The translations under genes and the position numbers were made by a program. 64,000 nt of DNA, from contig JAPKBN010000003.1 in assembly GCA_026421215.1 (NCBI GenBank), positions 45,698 through 109,697 on the forward strand, given 5' to 3'. The notes beneath the pieces are model-generated. The model was not told where the DNA came from and did not search any database. It saw only the letters and a program-made list of their open reading frames with translations. Of the stretch, positions 38,098 to 47,649 are shown piece after piece (the first letter of the stretch is position 1; each line of letters begins with the position of its first letter). The DNA is from Dehalococcoidia bacterium. GTDB taxonomy: Bacteria > Chloroflexota > Dehalococcoidia > Lucifugimonadales > Lucifugimonadaceae.

Positions 38098-38374
38098 CTA
38101 ACAGTCTCCCTTGATGAAATCAGCTACGCGCTTGCCGATCATGATGACCGTGGCGTTTATGTTTGCTCGCACGCAGTAGGGCATAACAGACGCGTCCGCT
38201 ACTCGAAGTCCGTTGACGCCCTTAACACGGCAGTAATGGCCAATTTCAGCTGACTTGTCGGAATCCGGCCCCAGCTTTCAGAAGTAGAACGCTGCGACTC
38301 GGGTCCTCCGATAGCCTTGCAGCGACGGTTGCCCCGCCGGATTCAGCTCCGACGACTACGACGTCATACTTCAA
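38098..38374 (-). pseudogene. internally deleted remnant of a second GMC oxidoreductase
   Basis: The N-terminal piece MKYDVVVVGAESGGATVAARLSEDPSRSVLLLKAG abuts the C-terminal piece KLGPDSDKSAEIGHYCRVKGVNGLRVADASVMPYCVRANINATVIMIGKRVADFIKGDC. The pieces are 1 nt out of frame, and about 1.25 kb of the gene is missing. Confidence 0.7.
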
Positions 38375-38477
38375 ATTAAATCCTTCTGCTCGACCTCTAG
38401 ACACCCTGAGGGGAAGGTCGCTAACCGTCGGGTAGGCGACGCGAGATGAACACTTAGTGAATAGCCAGTCACACTGG

Positions 38478-40016
38478 TTACTTCGGGGCCGTATCCCCTA
38501 CTACACGCACTCGTACCCGAAGTGCGTCGCCGGGTACGTATGAAAGTGGCAAATCTTCCACCTCCACGACGGATAATGTTGCTGAATCGGCGCCCGCTAG
38601 GACGGTACGTTTTTTGGCTAATTCCGTTGCCGCCTCGATAGATGCCGTGCGACCCATCTCGGTGAAGACCTGATCTACTTCGCCACTTACCTGGGCGATT
38701 GCAGCCCCAACCGCGTTAGCGACCCCACGATGTTCGACCTGGATGACTTCGGAAATCCCAGATAGTTGGTCCGGAACTAGAAATGCAGCTCCGCCGACCG
38801 CGATCAGTGGAACTGGGTTGGCATCAACCTTCATCCTGTCAACGGCCTCACCGACCATCTCAGCTATTCGACTCATGGCTGTGTCCTGCACCGATGGTTC
38901 TAGAGATTCCACGGCAGTAGTATCGCCAAATTTGATTAAACCAGCCGCTGAGGCAACGTCTGTGGCAGTCAACGTATCGCCGCCAAACACAAGCGCTTCT
39001 GTGGTGATCCGGTGTCCGACGCTGACCGGCCCAATCGAAGAACCGCCTACTTGCACGACAGAACCTCCTCCAAGTCCCACTGAAAGCAGGTCTGGCATTC
39101 GGAAAAGCGTGCGGACTCCGCCGATTTCGACTACGTTATTGGCCTCACGAGGGAAACCTGCTTGTAGCACCCCTACGTCCGTGGTGGTGCCACCCACATC
39201 GATAACAATTCCGTCGTTGAGCCCCGTCAAAAAAGCTGCTCCCCGCATGCTGTTCGTCGGTCCGGATGCGAAGCTGTAAATAGGGAACTCTGCGGCGAAT
39301 TCGGCCCGCATCACGGTGCCGTCGTTTTGCGTCATATAGAGCGGCGCTTGTATGCCACTTTGGCCAAGCGCCGTTGTGAAAGCGCGAGTGGTTTTACGGG
39401 CAAGATCGATGATGCAGGCATTCAGGAGGGTGGCGTTCTCACGCTCTAGCAGACCAATGCGTCCGAGATCGTGAGAGAGTGTGATGTCCACTCCTGGGCA
39501 TTCCTGTCGGACTATCTCGCCTGCAGCCTCTTCACACTCCGCCGTCAATGGCGAAAAGACGCTTGCTATACCGACGGACGTGATACCGGAGTCAGCGATC
39601 TCCCGTGCCGCTTTTCGCATTTCGTCGGCGTCGAAATCGACAAGAGGGCGCCCATCATATTCGTGTCCACCTTCGATCATGAATACGCGTCCACGAACGA
39701 TCCTCGCAAGATCATTGGGCCAGTCCACAAATGGCGGAAGAGATGCACTTGCAGGAAGACCGATACGTACGGCGGCGACAGGTTTCAGATCGCGTCTTTG
39801 TATCACGGCGTTGGTGAAATGCGTGGTTCCGATCATCACGGCATCGATTTCCCCGGGACCTTCATCCATCCCGGACACAAGATCCTTCAGGGCATTCAAA
39901 ATACCGCCGGTGACATCCTCTGTGGTTGGCGTTTTGACCCCGACAACCACAGAGTCATCTTGAATCAAGACAGCGTCCGTGTTAGTTCCCCCGACATCTA
40001 TTCCGATACGCCTCAT
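38478..40016 (-). CDS. hydantoinase/oxoprolinase (HyuA-like, ASKHA fold) family protein
   Basis: MRRIGIDVGGTNTDAVL N-terminus and a second IDVGGTTTDVG motif. 512 aa. The start overlaps the DUF917 stop (ATGA). Confidence 0.8.
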   Translation of the reverse strand: MRRIGIDVGGTNTDAVLIQDDSVVVGVKTPTTEDVTGGILNALKDLVSGMDEGPGEIDAVMIGTTHFTNAVIQRRDLKPVAAVRIGLPASASLPPFVDWPNDLARIVRGRVFMIEGGHEYDGRPLVDFDADEMRKAAREIADSGITSVGIASVFSPLTAECEEAAGEIVRQECPGVDITLSHDLGRIGLLERENATLLNACIIDLARKTTRAFTTALGQSGIQAPLYMTQNDGTVMRAEFAAEFPIYSFASGPTNSMRGAAFLTGLNDGIVIDVGGTTTDVGVLQAGFPREANNVVEIGGVRTLFRMPDLLSVGLGGGSVVQVGGSSIGPVSVGHRITTEALVFGGDTLTATDVASAAGLIKFGDTTAVESLEPSVQDTAMSRIAEMVGEAVDRMKVDANPVPLIAVGGAAFLVPDQLSGISEVIQVEHRGVANAVGAAIAQVSGEVDQVFTEMGRTASIEAATELAKKRTVLAGADSATLSVVEVEDLPLSYVPGDALRVRVRVVGDTAPK

Positions 40017-41110
40017 GTTTGAGCTCCGTCAGCAAACACAGACCTGAACTCCATATCGTATCCAAACGCCCGCGGCCCAACGTTTTGGAGGCCACGCTCG
40101 GAGGTCAATATCGACGCCGCGGGCAGGGCTATCACGGAGACCCGCTGACCGTAACGAAGGGTCTCCGTGCCGATCGCCTCGCCGGATAGTGTGTCCATCA
40201 CGCAGATAATCTCCGGCACCGTGGCCGCTGGTTTACCGTCCAGGAGGCCGATGATGAATTCGTTCTGAAATTCCAACCGAAACTCGTGGTCGGCGTCCTC
40301 ATCAAGCCCATCGATCGCGGCCGAGCCGCGCAGGAATCCCTCGGTGGCCCGTCTGTCTATATCCGTGATCTTCCCGCGGAACAGCAGTATTCCGCCTTCT
40401 TGATCCAGTGCCGCCGCCACCGGGTCTTCATGTGCGGCACGGGCGGCCTCGACGGCGTGACCGAGTTCGATGGCCCTTGTTGTCGTGTAGAGAATGCCCC
40501 AGTCCTTGACCTCTTTGCCGGAACGGGGCGCTTTGCATGTAGAGGCCACCGAACCCACTTCGGTACAGATCTTCCGACTGATCCGCTCCATCCACTTCCA
40601 GCTTGCGGCTCGGGCGACGATCGTCTCGTTATCCCGGATGTCGGCCAAGCAGAGCGGGAACATCTGGAGGTCTCCAATGGCAAAACTTGTCATCTGCGCT
40701 TCCGGAAACGCCCGCCCCATCGAGTCAGCATCGACCACCGGAAGCCCCGTCACGGCCGACACCATGAGGGGCTGCAGGGCGTTGCCGCCGCCGATTTCCA
40801 GAGACATGACGGCGTTGAACTTGCGTCCGAGGTACTCCTCCATCATCCGCACGGGCTTGGCGGCGAAATCAGGATCCCGCAATCGCTCCTGGCCAACCAG
40901 AGGCGCTCCCATGCTGGAAACGACCGCTACGAGATCGTCATCGCCCAGTGTCATCGGATCGATCAGTGTGACTCGCTTGCCCGCCTTGTACATCTCTCGC
41001 ATGTTCAGATACGAGTAGTAAGGGCTTCCGCCGCCGCCTGCGCCAAGGATCCACGCGCCGGTGGAGAGAGCGGTCAGTTCGGCGGTCTCAATTTCCCTGG
41101 AATCAACCAT
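40013..41110 (-). CDS. DUF917 family protein
   Basis: GAWILGAGGGGSPY and EIGGGNALQPL motifs. The start at 41110 overlaps the crotonase stop by 8 nt. The track ORF is extended to 41314. Confidence 0.75.
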   Translation of the reverse strand: MVDSREIETAELTALSTGAWILGAGGGGSPYYSYLNMREMYKAGKRVTLIDPMTLGDDDLVAVVSSMGAPLVGQERLRDPDFAAKPVRMMEEYLGRKFNAVMSLEIGGGNALQPLMVSAVTGLPVVDADSMGRAFPEAQMTSFAIGDLQMFPLCLADIRDNETIVARAASWKWMERISRKICTEVGSVASTCKAPRSGKEVKDWGILYTTTRAIELGHAVEAARAAHEDPVAAALDQEGGILLFRGKITDIDRRATEGFLRGSAAIDGLDEDADHEFRLEFQNEFIIGLLDGKPAATVPEIICVMDTLSGEAIGTETLRYGQRVSVIALPAASILTSERGLQNVGPRAFGYDMEFRSVFADGAQT

Positions 41111-41960
41111 TCGACTCTGACTCGTTTCGTTTCGATGCTTGAAGCGCCTCATAGTTGTCGAACGCCCGCTGGACCATCGGCCGTCGTCTTCCTTCTGGCT
41201 TCTGCAGGGCGTATCCCGGGTCGCTTTCACCAAGTGAGCTGAGGTTGAAGAGCGGGAAGGCGCCCTGGATGTGCTGGGTGAAGCCCTGAGCGTCCTGCAT
41301 TTGATTGATCGCAAGTTTGATCATCCGCAACTGGAACGGATCGTTCGCTGCCACGCGCGCTGCATATGCCATCGACTCGTCTTCAAGTTTCTCCTTCGGA
41401 AACACCCGGTTCACGTAGCCAAGCTCCAACGCTTCCTGAGCGTCCACGAACCGACTCTCAAACAGGATCTCGCGGGCCTTGCGGTGGTGCATCTCCCAAG
41501 GCACCGAGAAGTACTGGAAGTTGGCCGGGAGAAACATGGCGTCTTCAGCGGCAAACACCACGTCCATCGCTGACGAGATGATCCATCCAGCGAAGATACA
41601 GTAACCCTGTACGGCGGCGATGGTGGGCTTGGGAAGATTGCGCCAGCGTAAGGACTTATCGATGTTTTGGTCGAACCCCCGCCTGTACTTGCCTCGGAGC
41701 CCCTCCTCGATAGGACGCAGTTCACGGTCCGCCATCTCTTCCGGTGTTCCCAGATCGTGGCCTGCCGAGAAGTGGTCGCCTGCGCCCGCAAGGACTATCG
41801 CCCCGATACTGTCGTCCTCGCCCGCATACCCGAAAGCGTGGTCCAGCTCTTCCAACAGGATACGGCTCTGAGCGTTGCGGTAACTCTGCCGATTGAGAAC
41901 GATCCGAGCAACCCGCCCGTGCTGCTCGTAAAGGATCTGTTTGTAGTCGCTGGGTGGCAT
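41103..41960 (-). CDS. enoyl-CoA hydratase/isomerase (crotonase) family protein
   Basis: 285 aa with VLAGAGDHFSAGHDLG and AAVQGYCIFAGW regions. Confidence 0.85.
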   Translation of the reverse strand: MPPSDYKQILYEQHGRVARIVLNRQSYRNAQSRILLEELDHAFGYAGEDDSIGAIVLAGAGDHFSAGHDLGTPEEMADRELRPIEEGLRGKYRRGFDQNIDKSLRWRNLPKPTIAAVQGYCIFAGWIISSAMDVVFAAEDAMFLPANFQYFSVPWEMHHRKAREILFESRFVDAQEALELGYVNRVFPKEKLEDESMAYAARVAANDPFQLRMIKLAINQMQDAQGFTQHIQGAFPLFNLSSLGESDPGYALQKPEGRRRPMVQRAFDNYEALQASKRNESESNG

Positions 41961-41993
41961 GAATGCGCTCCCGCACTTGTTGATTAACTTTGT

Positions 41994-43250
41994 TTAAGAA
42001 GGCCCTGCGCCGGTGATGCGGCGATTAACTAGATCCGCGTATTCGTCTTCTTCGAGGCCAAGCAATCGTTCAAGCACTTCCTGCGTGTGTTGACCTTGCA
42101 GGGGTGCGTGACGGCTCACCATCACCGGAGTGCCGGAGAACTGCACCGGTATCCCGGAATGCGGGTGAGTCCCGGCTTCCGGGTGATCGATTTCTACGAT
42201 GAAGCCGCGCTCGCGGAGTGTCTCGTCATCGGCAACCTCATGGGCGTCCAGCACCGGCGCCGCGATTACACCCGCGTTCGATAAGCGTTCCGCAAGGTCG
42301 TCACGTTTGTGACCGCCAACCCATGCGTTGATCTCAGCATCAAGCGCGTCTTCATTCGCTTTTCGGGCGGCGTTGTTCGAGAACCGGATTTCTTCGAGCC
42401 AGCCGTTCCCACCGGCGACCCCACACAGAGTCATCCACTGGCTCTCCGTCTCTGCGGCCAGTGCGAGCCACTTATCGTCGGCCGTCGCGTAGATGCCGTG
42501 CGGGGCGAATGTCATATGCCGATTGCCGCGGCGACCACGTACATTCCCGGTCATGCGCTCCTCAAGCAGTGCATCGCCGATGAATGCCAGGCTGGATTCC
42601 TGCATCGATAGATCGACGTACTGGCCCTCGCCGGTCATCTCACGGTGCATCAACGCCGTGACGATTCCGGCGAATCCGTTCAACCCGGCTGCGGCGTCCG
42701 GGTACATCTGCCCGGAGTTGAGCGGAGGACCGTCTTCGTAGCCCAGTAAGGAGGACATCCCAGAAATCGGCTCGATGGTGCCACCGATCCCGGGGACATC
42801 CCGCCACGGTCCGTTATTTCCGAAGGCCGAGAGGCTGCATACGATGATGTCCGACTTGATTTGGCGCAGCGCTTCGTATTCGATCCCCAGATTGCTTAGC
42901 ACGCGCGGCGCAAAATTCTCAGCCACGAAGTCCGCCAGCGGGACGAGGCGTTTGAAAATATCTACGCCTTCCGGGTCTGTCAGATCCAGCGTGATGCACT
43001 GTTTATTTAGATTGACAGAGTTGTAGAGAGGATTGACGTTCCACGGATGCTGGTCTGCGGCGGCTCCGGGAGCATCCGCCACTGTGTCTGGGATCGGCCG
43101 GTCGTAGGAGCCGCGCCATGAATCCGGCCGGCCGTGAAATTCCACCTGGATGATCTCTGCCCCGAGCATTCCCAGCAGCTGTGTCGCGTACGACCCGGCC
43201 CAGGCCTGAGTCAGAACGATGCCCCGATATCCTGTCAGGGGACCACTCAT
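41994..43250 (-). CDS. CaiB/BaiF family III CoA-transferase
   Basis: 418 aa with a family III N-terminal pattern (GIVLTQAWAGSYATQLLGMLGAEIIQVE). The start overlaps the upstream stop (ATGA). Confidence 0.85.
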   Translation of the reverse strand: MSGPLTGYRGIVLTQAWAGSYATQLLGMLGAEIIQVEFHGRPDSWRGSYDRPIPDTVADAPGAAADQHPWNVNPLYNSVNLNKQCITLDLTDPEGVDIFKRLVPLADFVAENFAPRVLSNLGIEYEALRQIKSDIIVCSLSAFGNNGPWRDVPGIGGTIEPISGMSSLLGYEDGPPLNSGQMYPDAAAGLNGFAGIVTALMHREMTGEGQYVDLSMQESSLAFIGDALLEERMTGNVRGRRGNRHMTFAPHGIYATADDKWLALAAETESQWMTLCGVAGGNGWLEEIRFSNNAARKANEDALDAEINAWVGGHKRDDLAERLSNAGVIAAPVLDAHEVADDETLRERGFIVEIDHPEAGTHPHSGIPVQFSGTPVMVSRHAPLQGQHTQEVLERLLGLEEDEYADLVNRRITGAGPS

Positions 43251-44431
43251 CGAGCCACCCCGGATGCGAGAAGAGCATCGATAACGGACTGACTAAGACC
43301 GGCGAAATCGCGCAACACCTCCGCCGTGTGATCCCCCGGACCCGGTGCCCCCTGATTTAGATGCGCCGGCGTTGCGCTCATCTGGAACGCAGGGCCGGGG
43401 TGCTGTGGGCCACTGTTTTCCGGGGTGCGAAAGAACCCCCGTTCCTTCAGGTGCACGTTTTCAGACAACTCGTCGGTTTCGAGCACCGGTCCGGCGATCA
43501 CACGCAACGCTGCCAGAGTGTCGAATAGGTCCATCTTGTTCCACTGCGCAAGCTTCTCTTGGGCACGGTCTACGTACTCGTCGGCATGCTCCTTCCGATA
43601 CCAACTCGTGCCCCAGCGAGGGTCCTTTGCCAGGTCGTCCAATCCCAGAACGTTCATAGCGTCACGCCAGAAATGCGGACGACTGATGGTGAGGGCGAAG
43701 TGGCCGTCTTTGACCGGCACCGGACCAGTGGACATATCCACTTTCGTCTTCCTGGGTTGCGGCTCACGCTGATACTGGCTGGTCAGTAGGGCAGGACCAA
43801 ATGTTGAAGTCATCACCTCAAGCTCAGACACATCAATCAACTGTCCAAGAAAGGGGTTCTGATTGCAACGTGCGAGAAGAGTGCTCACGATCGAGGCGTA
43901 TGCAATCGTTCCGGCGCAGTAGGACGACTGGAGCCCGCTCGGCTTTAGCGGCGGCTTACCCGCAAGCCCGTTGATCGAAGCCCAACCGGACAGGGCTGCG
44001 GTGGTGAGATCGTTGCCGGGGTGTTTGGATCGCGCTCCGGTTGATCCATGCGGCGTGATCGAGCAAATGACTATTCCTGGATTCAGTTGCAGCAGAGAGT
44101 TGAAGTCGAGTCCAAAGGTTTCCATCTCGGCCCGCGTCCCGGAGCACACCAACACGTCGGCACCCGCCACGGCCGCCCGAACCGCCGAGATGCCATCTGA
44201 TGACTTGAACTCTAAGATGGCCGAACGCCGATCGGCAAGGACGTACTCGGCGATCACGCTGTTCCCGGTGTCGTCGAACGGCCCCAGACGCCGCACAGGA
44301 TGGCCGTCAGCATCCTCGAAGAGCGCCACGTCCGCTCCGAAATCGGCCAGCATTCGGACGCACCATGCGGCAGATACGGAGGTCGAAAGGTCGATCACCC
44401 GTATTCCGTGCAATGCCGAGTTCGTAATCAT
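43247..44431 (-). CDS. CaiB/BaiF family III CoA-transferase
   Basis: 394 aa with GIRVIDLSTSVSAAWCVRMLADFGADV. Confidence 0.85.
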   Translation of the reverse strand: MITNSALHGIRVIDLSTSVSAAWCVRMLADFGADVALFEDADGHPVRRLGPFDDTGNSVIAEYVLADRRSAILEFKSSDGISAVRAAVAGADVLVCSGTRAEMETFGLDFNSLLQLNPGIVICSITPHGSTGARSKHPGNDLTTAALSGWASINGLAGKPPLKPSGLQSSYCAGTIAYASIVSTLLARCNQNPFLGQLIDVSELEVMTSTFGPALLTSQYQREPQPRKTKVDMSTGPVPVKDGHFALTISRPHFWRDAMNVLGLDDLAKDPRWGTSWYRKEHADEYVDRAQEKLAQWNKMDLFDTLAALRVIAGPVLETDELSENVHLKERGFFRTPENSGPQHPGPAFQMSATPAHLNQGAPGPGDHTAEVLRDFAGLSQSVIDALLASGVAR

Positions 44432-44462
44432 CGGGCCTTCCGGGCCGTATGCCAGTGCGTTT

Positions 44463-45266
44463 CTAAACCTGCCAGTTCGGATAAGCGTGCCGGGATATGA
44501 CCGACATTCCGGCGTCTACAGACAGTACGTGTCCCGTTATCCAGCGGGCATCGTCGCTCGCCAGGAACAGGGCGGCGTTGCCTACGTCCCACGCCGTGCC
44601 TTCGGTCCCGAGCATCGTGGAGTTTCGTCGATGCTGTCGCATATCTGAGTCCAATCGGTACTCAACCATCGGCGTGAAAACGACTCCCGGCGCAACGCAG
44701 TTGACCCGGATTCCCTCTCGCCCATGATCGCCCGCCATGGCAATAGTCAGTCCGATAACCGCCGCTTTTGAGGTCGTATAAGCGGCGTCTCCGATAGCCT
44801 CGATACCGGCCCCAGAGGAGATGTTTACGATCGACCCGCCGCCGGTCTCGATCATGCGCGGGATGGCGTGCCGGGAGGTGAGCACCATGCTTCGGACATT
44901 GGTGCTCTGCACTTTGTCCCAATCGTCCATATCGATCTCAGGCACCGTTTTGCGGAGGCTGATGCCGACGTTGTTATCCAGCACATCTAGCCGGCCGTAG
45001 CGCTCCACGGCGGTGTCCACCATGGACTTGCAGTCTTCCTCGTTTGTGACGTCCGCCTGGAACGTACTGGCGATCCCACCCTCGGCCTCGATCATGGCGA
45101 GCGTCTCTTCTGTGCGCTCAATTTGCGCATCTACGAGTAGAACGCTTGCGCCCTCGCGTGCAAAAAGCACGGCGGTCGCCTTGCCGTTGCCGACGCCCGG
45201 CCCCCGAGAGCCCGCGCCTGTCACGATCGCGACCTTCCCTTCAAGCCGCCCTAAACGTTCAGCCAT
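44463..45266 (-). CDS. SDR family oxidoreductase
   Basis: VTGAGSRGPGVGNG cofactor region and a YTTSK active site. I prefer the second ATG (45266) because AGGAGA lies 8 nt upstream. The track start is 45284. Confidence 0.85.
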   Translation of the reverse strand: MAERLGRLEGKVAIVTGAGSRGPGVGNGKATAVLFAREGASVLLVDAQIERTEETLAMIEAEGGIASTFQADVTNEEDCKSMVDTAVERYGRLDVLDNNVGISLRKTVPEIDMDDWDKVQSTNVRSMVLTSRHAIPRMIETGGGSIVNISSGAGIEAIGDAAYTTSKAAVIGLTIAMAGDHGREGIRVNCVAPGVVFTPMVEYRLDSDMRQHRRNSTMLGTEGTAWDVGNAALFLASDDARWITGHVLSVDAGMSVISRHAYPNWQV

Positions 45267-45300
45267 GTATCTATCTCCTGCCATCTAGAATTGCGCCAGA

Positions 45301-45648
45301 TCAGTCAAGCGTCACGAAGATACTACGGCGCATCTCGCCGTTAACCGCTCGGCTGATGTGGCCGTGGCCGTGCGTGTCTTCCGCGAGCAAAATTTCTCCC
45401 GCCGGGATCAAGCGTTTAGAGCCGTCTCCGACCTCGATCTCCACCCCCCCGGATAGGTTGATTATGTATTGCCGACGGGGAGCCGTGTGAAAGTCTAGAT
45501 CGTAATCGGGACTGGTCTCTCTGAAGATGATTTTCGTAACGTCCTGCGGCTCGGAGAGTGCACCGGTCACTGTTGGGCTGAGTTTGATATCAAGGTCCTC
45601 GAAGTGGGATTCGTCATCATCACCTGTGTAAACGCGTGTGATCTTCAT
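45301..45648 (-). CDS. cupin-like small protein
   Basis: 115 aa. The beta-rich sequence has a HTAP...GGVEIEV...GHGH pattern suggestive of a cupin metal site. Confidence 0.55.
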   Translation of the reverse strand: MKITRVYTGDDDESHFEDLDIKLSPTVTGALSEPQDVTKIIFRETSPDYDLDFHTAPRRQYIINLSGGVEIEVGDGSKRLIPAGEILLAEDTHGHGHISRAVNGEMRRSIFVTLD

Positions 45649-45703
45649 TGAACTAATTATTCCTTCCAGTTAGTAATCGAAGCCCCCTCTCCCAACTAAA
45701 ACC

Positions 45704-46510
45704 TCATACAGGCTCTACAGCCGCCAATCGCGTCTTCGTAGCCTCATCCGCAAACCGATCTACCGCTTCTACGTCGTTGAAGATGCCGCCGGTGCATGAA
45801 TCGACCGTCTGCATCGCAAGCAACGTGGCCGCTTCGACATAGCTGTCGGGCGGAGGCATCTTGTTGTGCGGAGTGCCGCCACCGACCTGGCCTGGAGCGC
45901 GCCCGAAACGGATGCCGGGGGTGTCAATACCGCCAACCGGTTTCAGGGCGTTCACCACAATTCCGTCGTCCTTCATATCGTTCGCAAGCCCTCGCGTCAT
46001 CGCCTCGATCGCAAGCTTAGTGGCACCGTAGTGCGAGAGACCGCGATCCGCCGCTACCGATGAGATGTTGATGATGTTGCCGCTCTTCTGCTCCACCATC
46101 GCAGGCAGCACAGCACGCGAGCAGTGGAAGGGGCCGTGGACGTTAATCTTGAACTCTAGTTCCCAGTGCCGTGGCTGGATGGTGTTGATGTATCCGGGCG
46201 GTTGCACCGCTGCGTTGTTCATCAGAATGTCGATACGACCGTATTTGGCCAGAACGGTGTCGACCATCCCCTGGATTGACTCCACATCGCCGACGTTGCA
46301 GACCACAGCAAACGCTTCTCCGCCTTCTTCTTCGATCATGCGTACGGTGTCGTGTATGGTGCCCGGAAGTCGCGGATCCCGTTCCTGCTCAGTCCGTGCT
46401 GCGACGATCACCTTTGCTCCTTCTCTGGCGTATTGCATGGCGCAGTACTGACCAAGGCCCCGGCTCGCACCGGTCACGATGGCGATTTTTCCGTCTAGTC
46501 TTCCGGCCAT
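45704..46510 (-). CDS. SDR family oxidoreductase
   Basis: VTGASRGLG, NNAA and YGATK motifs. 268 aa. Confidence 0.85.
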   Translation of the reverse strand: MAGRLDGKIAIVTGASRGLGQYCAMQYAREGAKVIVAARTEQERDPRLPGTIHDTVRMIEEEGGEAFAVVCNVGDVESIQGMVDTVLAKYGRIDILMNNAAVQPPGYINTIQPRHWELEFKINVHGPFHCSRAVLPAMVEQKSGNIINISSVAADRGLSHYGATKLAIEAMTRGLANDMKDDGIVVNALKPVGGIDTPGIRFGRAPGQVGGGTPHNKMPPPDSYVEAATLLAMQTVDSCTGGIFNDVEAVDRFADEATKTRLAAVEPV

Positions 46511-46574
46511 ATCTTTCTCCCGTTATTGAGTTTCCTGAATGGTGTCGGACAGTGTCACCGTCCGCGAATTTCGT

Positions 46575-47531
46575 TCACTTGGTAAAGGGCATAACTTCCG
46601 TCGCGAAGCGCTCCATCCGACCCAATGTCTCGTCCGGCGTCGAACCGGTAAGCCCGACGATCAGATGTCGCACGCCAAGTGATTCAAATTCACGTATGTC
46701 GGCGACGATCTGGTCAGGTGTTCCGGTGAACACCATCCGTACGCCATCACGTCCGCTCTTCTCTCCACGATCGTCATACCAGCCTGCGCTATACCCGAAG
46801 TCGATCGACGCCGGGTCTCTTCCGGCCTCTTCGGCGTGTCTGCGCACGGTTGCAATACCTTCGGCGAGTCGTTCGGGTGTGTCCATAGGGAAGGCGGGGT
46901 TACTGCCGATTGGATACCAGGCGTCGCCAAGCTGACCGGCGCGTCTTAACGCAGGTGGGCTCTCTCCTCCGACCCAGATCGGTGGGTGGGGATCCTGTAT
47001 TGGCTTCGGGTAGAAGCTCATTCCTGAAATCTGGGCGTACGTCCCGTTGTACTCCGGCGTGTCGCTCGTCCACATCTCCTTGAAGATCCCGATGTACTCG
47101 TTGGCGACGGAACCACGATGTTCGTACGGCGCCGTGCCCAATGCCTCAAACTCTTCCTGCATCCAGCCAGCACCGACCCCGACGATCAGCCGACCCCGTG
47201 ACAAAACGTCCAAGGAGGCCAGTATCTTTGCCGCCAGCACCGGAGGCCGGTGGGGTAGGACCATCACCGATGTCATGACCTTGATGGTGGAGGTGTGGGC
47301 GGCGAGGAACATCGCCACCGTTAGCTGCTCTAGGCACTCACCGGCATCAACCCCGGAGAACGCGCCGTCCTCGCTGTACGGGTAGATCGATTGCACTTCC
47401 TTCGGGATTATGACGTGATCGGACACCGTCACGACGTCGAATCCCAGTGATTCTCCGTGCTTGACCTGGCGTTCCAGGAACTCCGGCGCGGCTGCGTCAC
47501 CACGCATCGCAACTCCGAATCCAAACTCCAT
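46575..47531 (-). CDS. LLM class (luciferase-like) oxidoreductase, probably F420-dependent
   Basis: 318 aa TIM-barrel LLM pattern (GFDVVTVSDH, GRLIVGVGAGW). Confidence 0.8.
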   Translation of the reverse strand: MEFGFGVAMRGDAAAPEFLERQVKHGESLGFDVVTVSDHVIIPKEVQSIYPYSEDGAFSGVDAGECLEQLTVAMFLAAHTSTIKVMTSVMVLPHRPPVLAAKILASLDVLSRGRLIVGVGAGWMQEEFEALGTAPYEHRGSVANEYIGIFKEMWTSDTPEYNGTYAQISGMSFYPKPIQDPHPPIWVGGESPPALRRAGQLGDAWYPIGSNPAFPMDTPERLAEGIATVRRHAEEAGRDPASIDFGYSAGWYDDRGEKSGRDGVRMVFTGTPDQIVADIREFESLGVRHLIVGLTGSTPDETLGRMERFATEVMPFTK

Positions 47532-47649
47532 ATAGATGGCTCCTCAAGTCTGAAAATGTGTGCCGGTGCGAGTGATCGTCGATCACAGATTGGCGGAAGC
47601 ATAACCCGGCTTCCGACATCTGGGGGGTCTGGAACACTACAGGATGGTG

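Noticed and set aside
40286-41242. A 318-aa ORF on the plus strand, one of the longest unexplained ORFs in the track.
   Set aside because: It lies entirely antisense to the well-supported DUF917 gene. Its Arg/Gly/His-rich, low-complexity composition is typical of shadow ORFs in GC-rich coding DNA. I see no motifs or SD.
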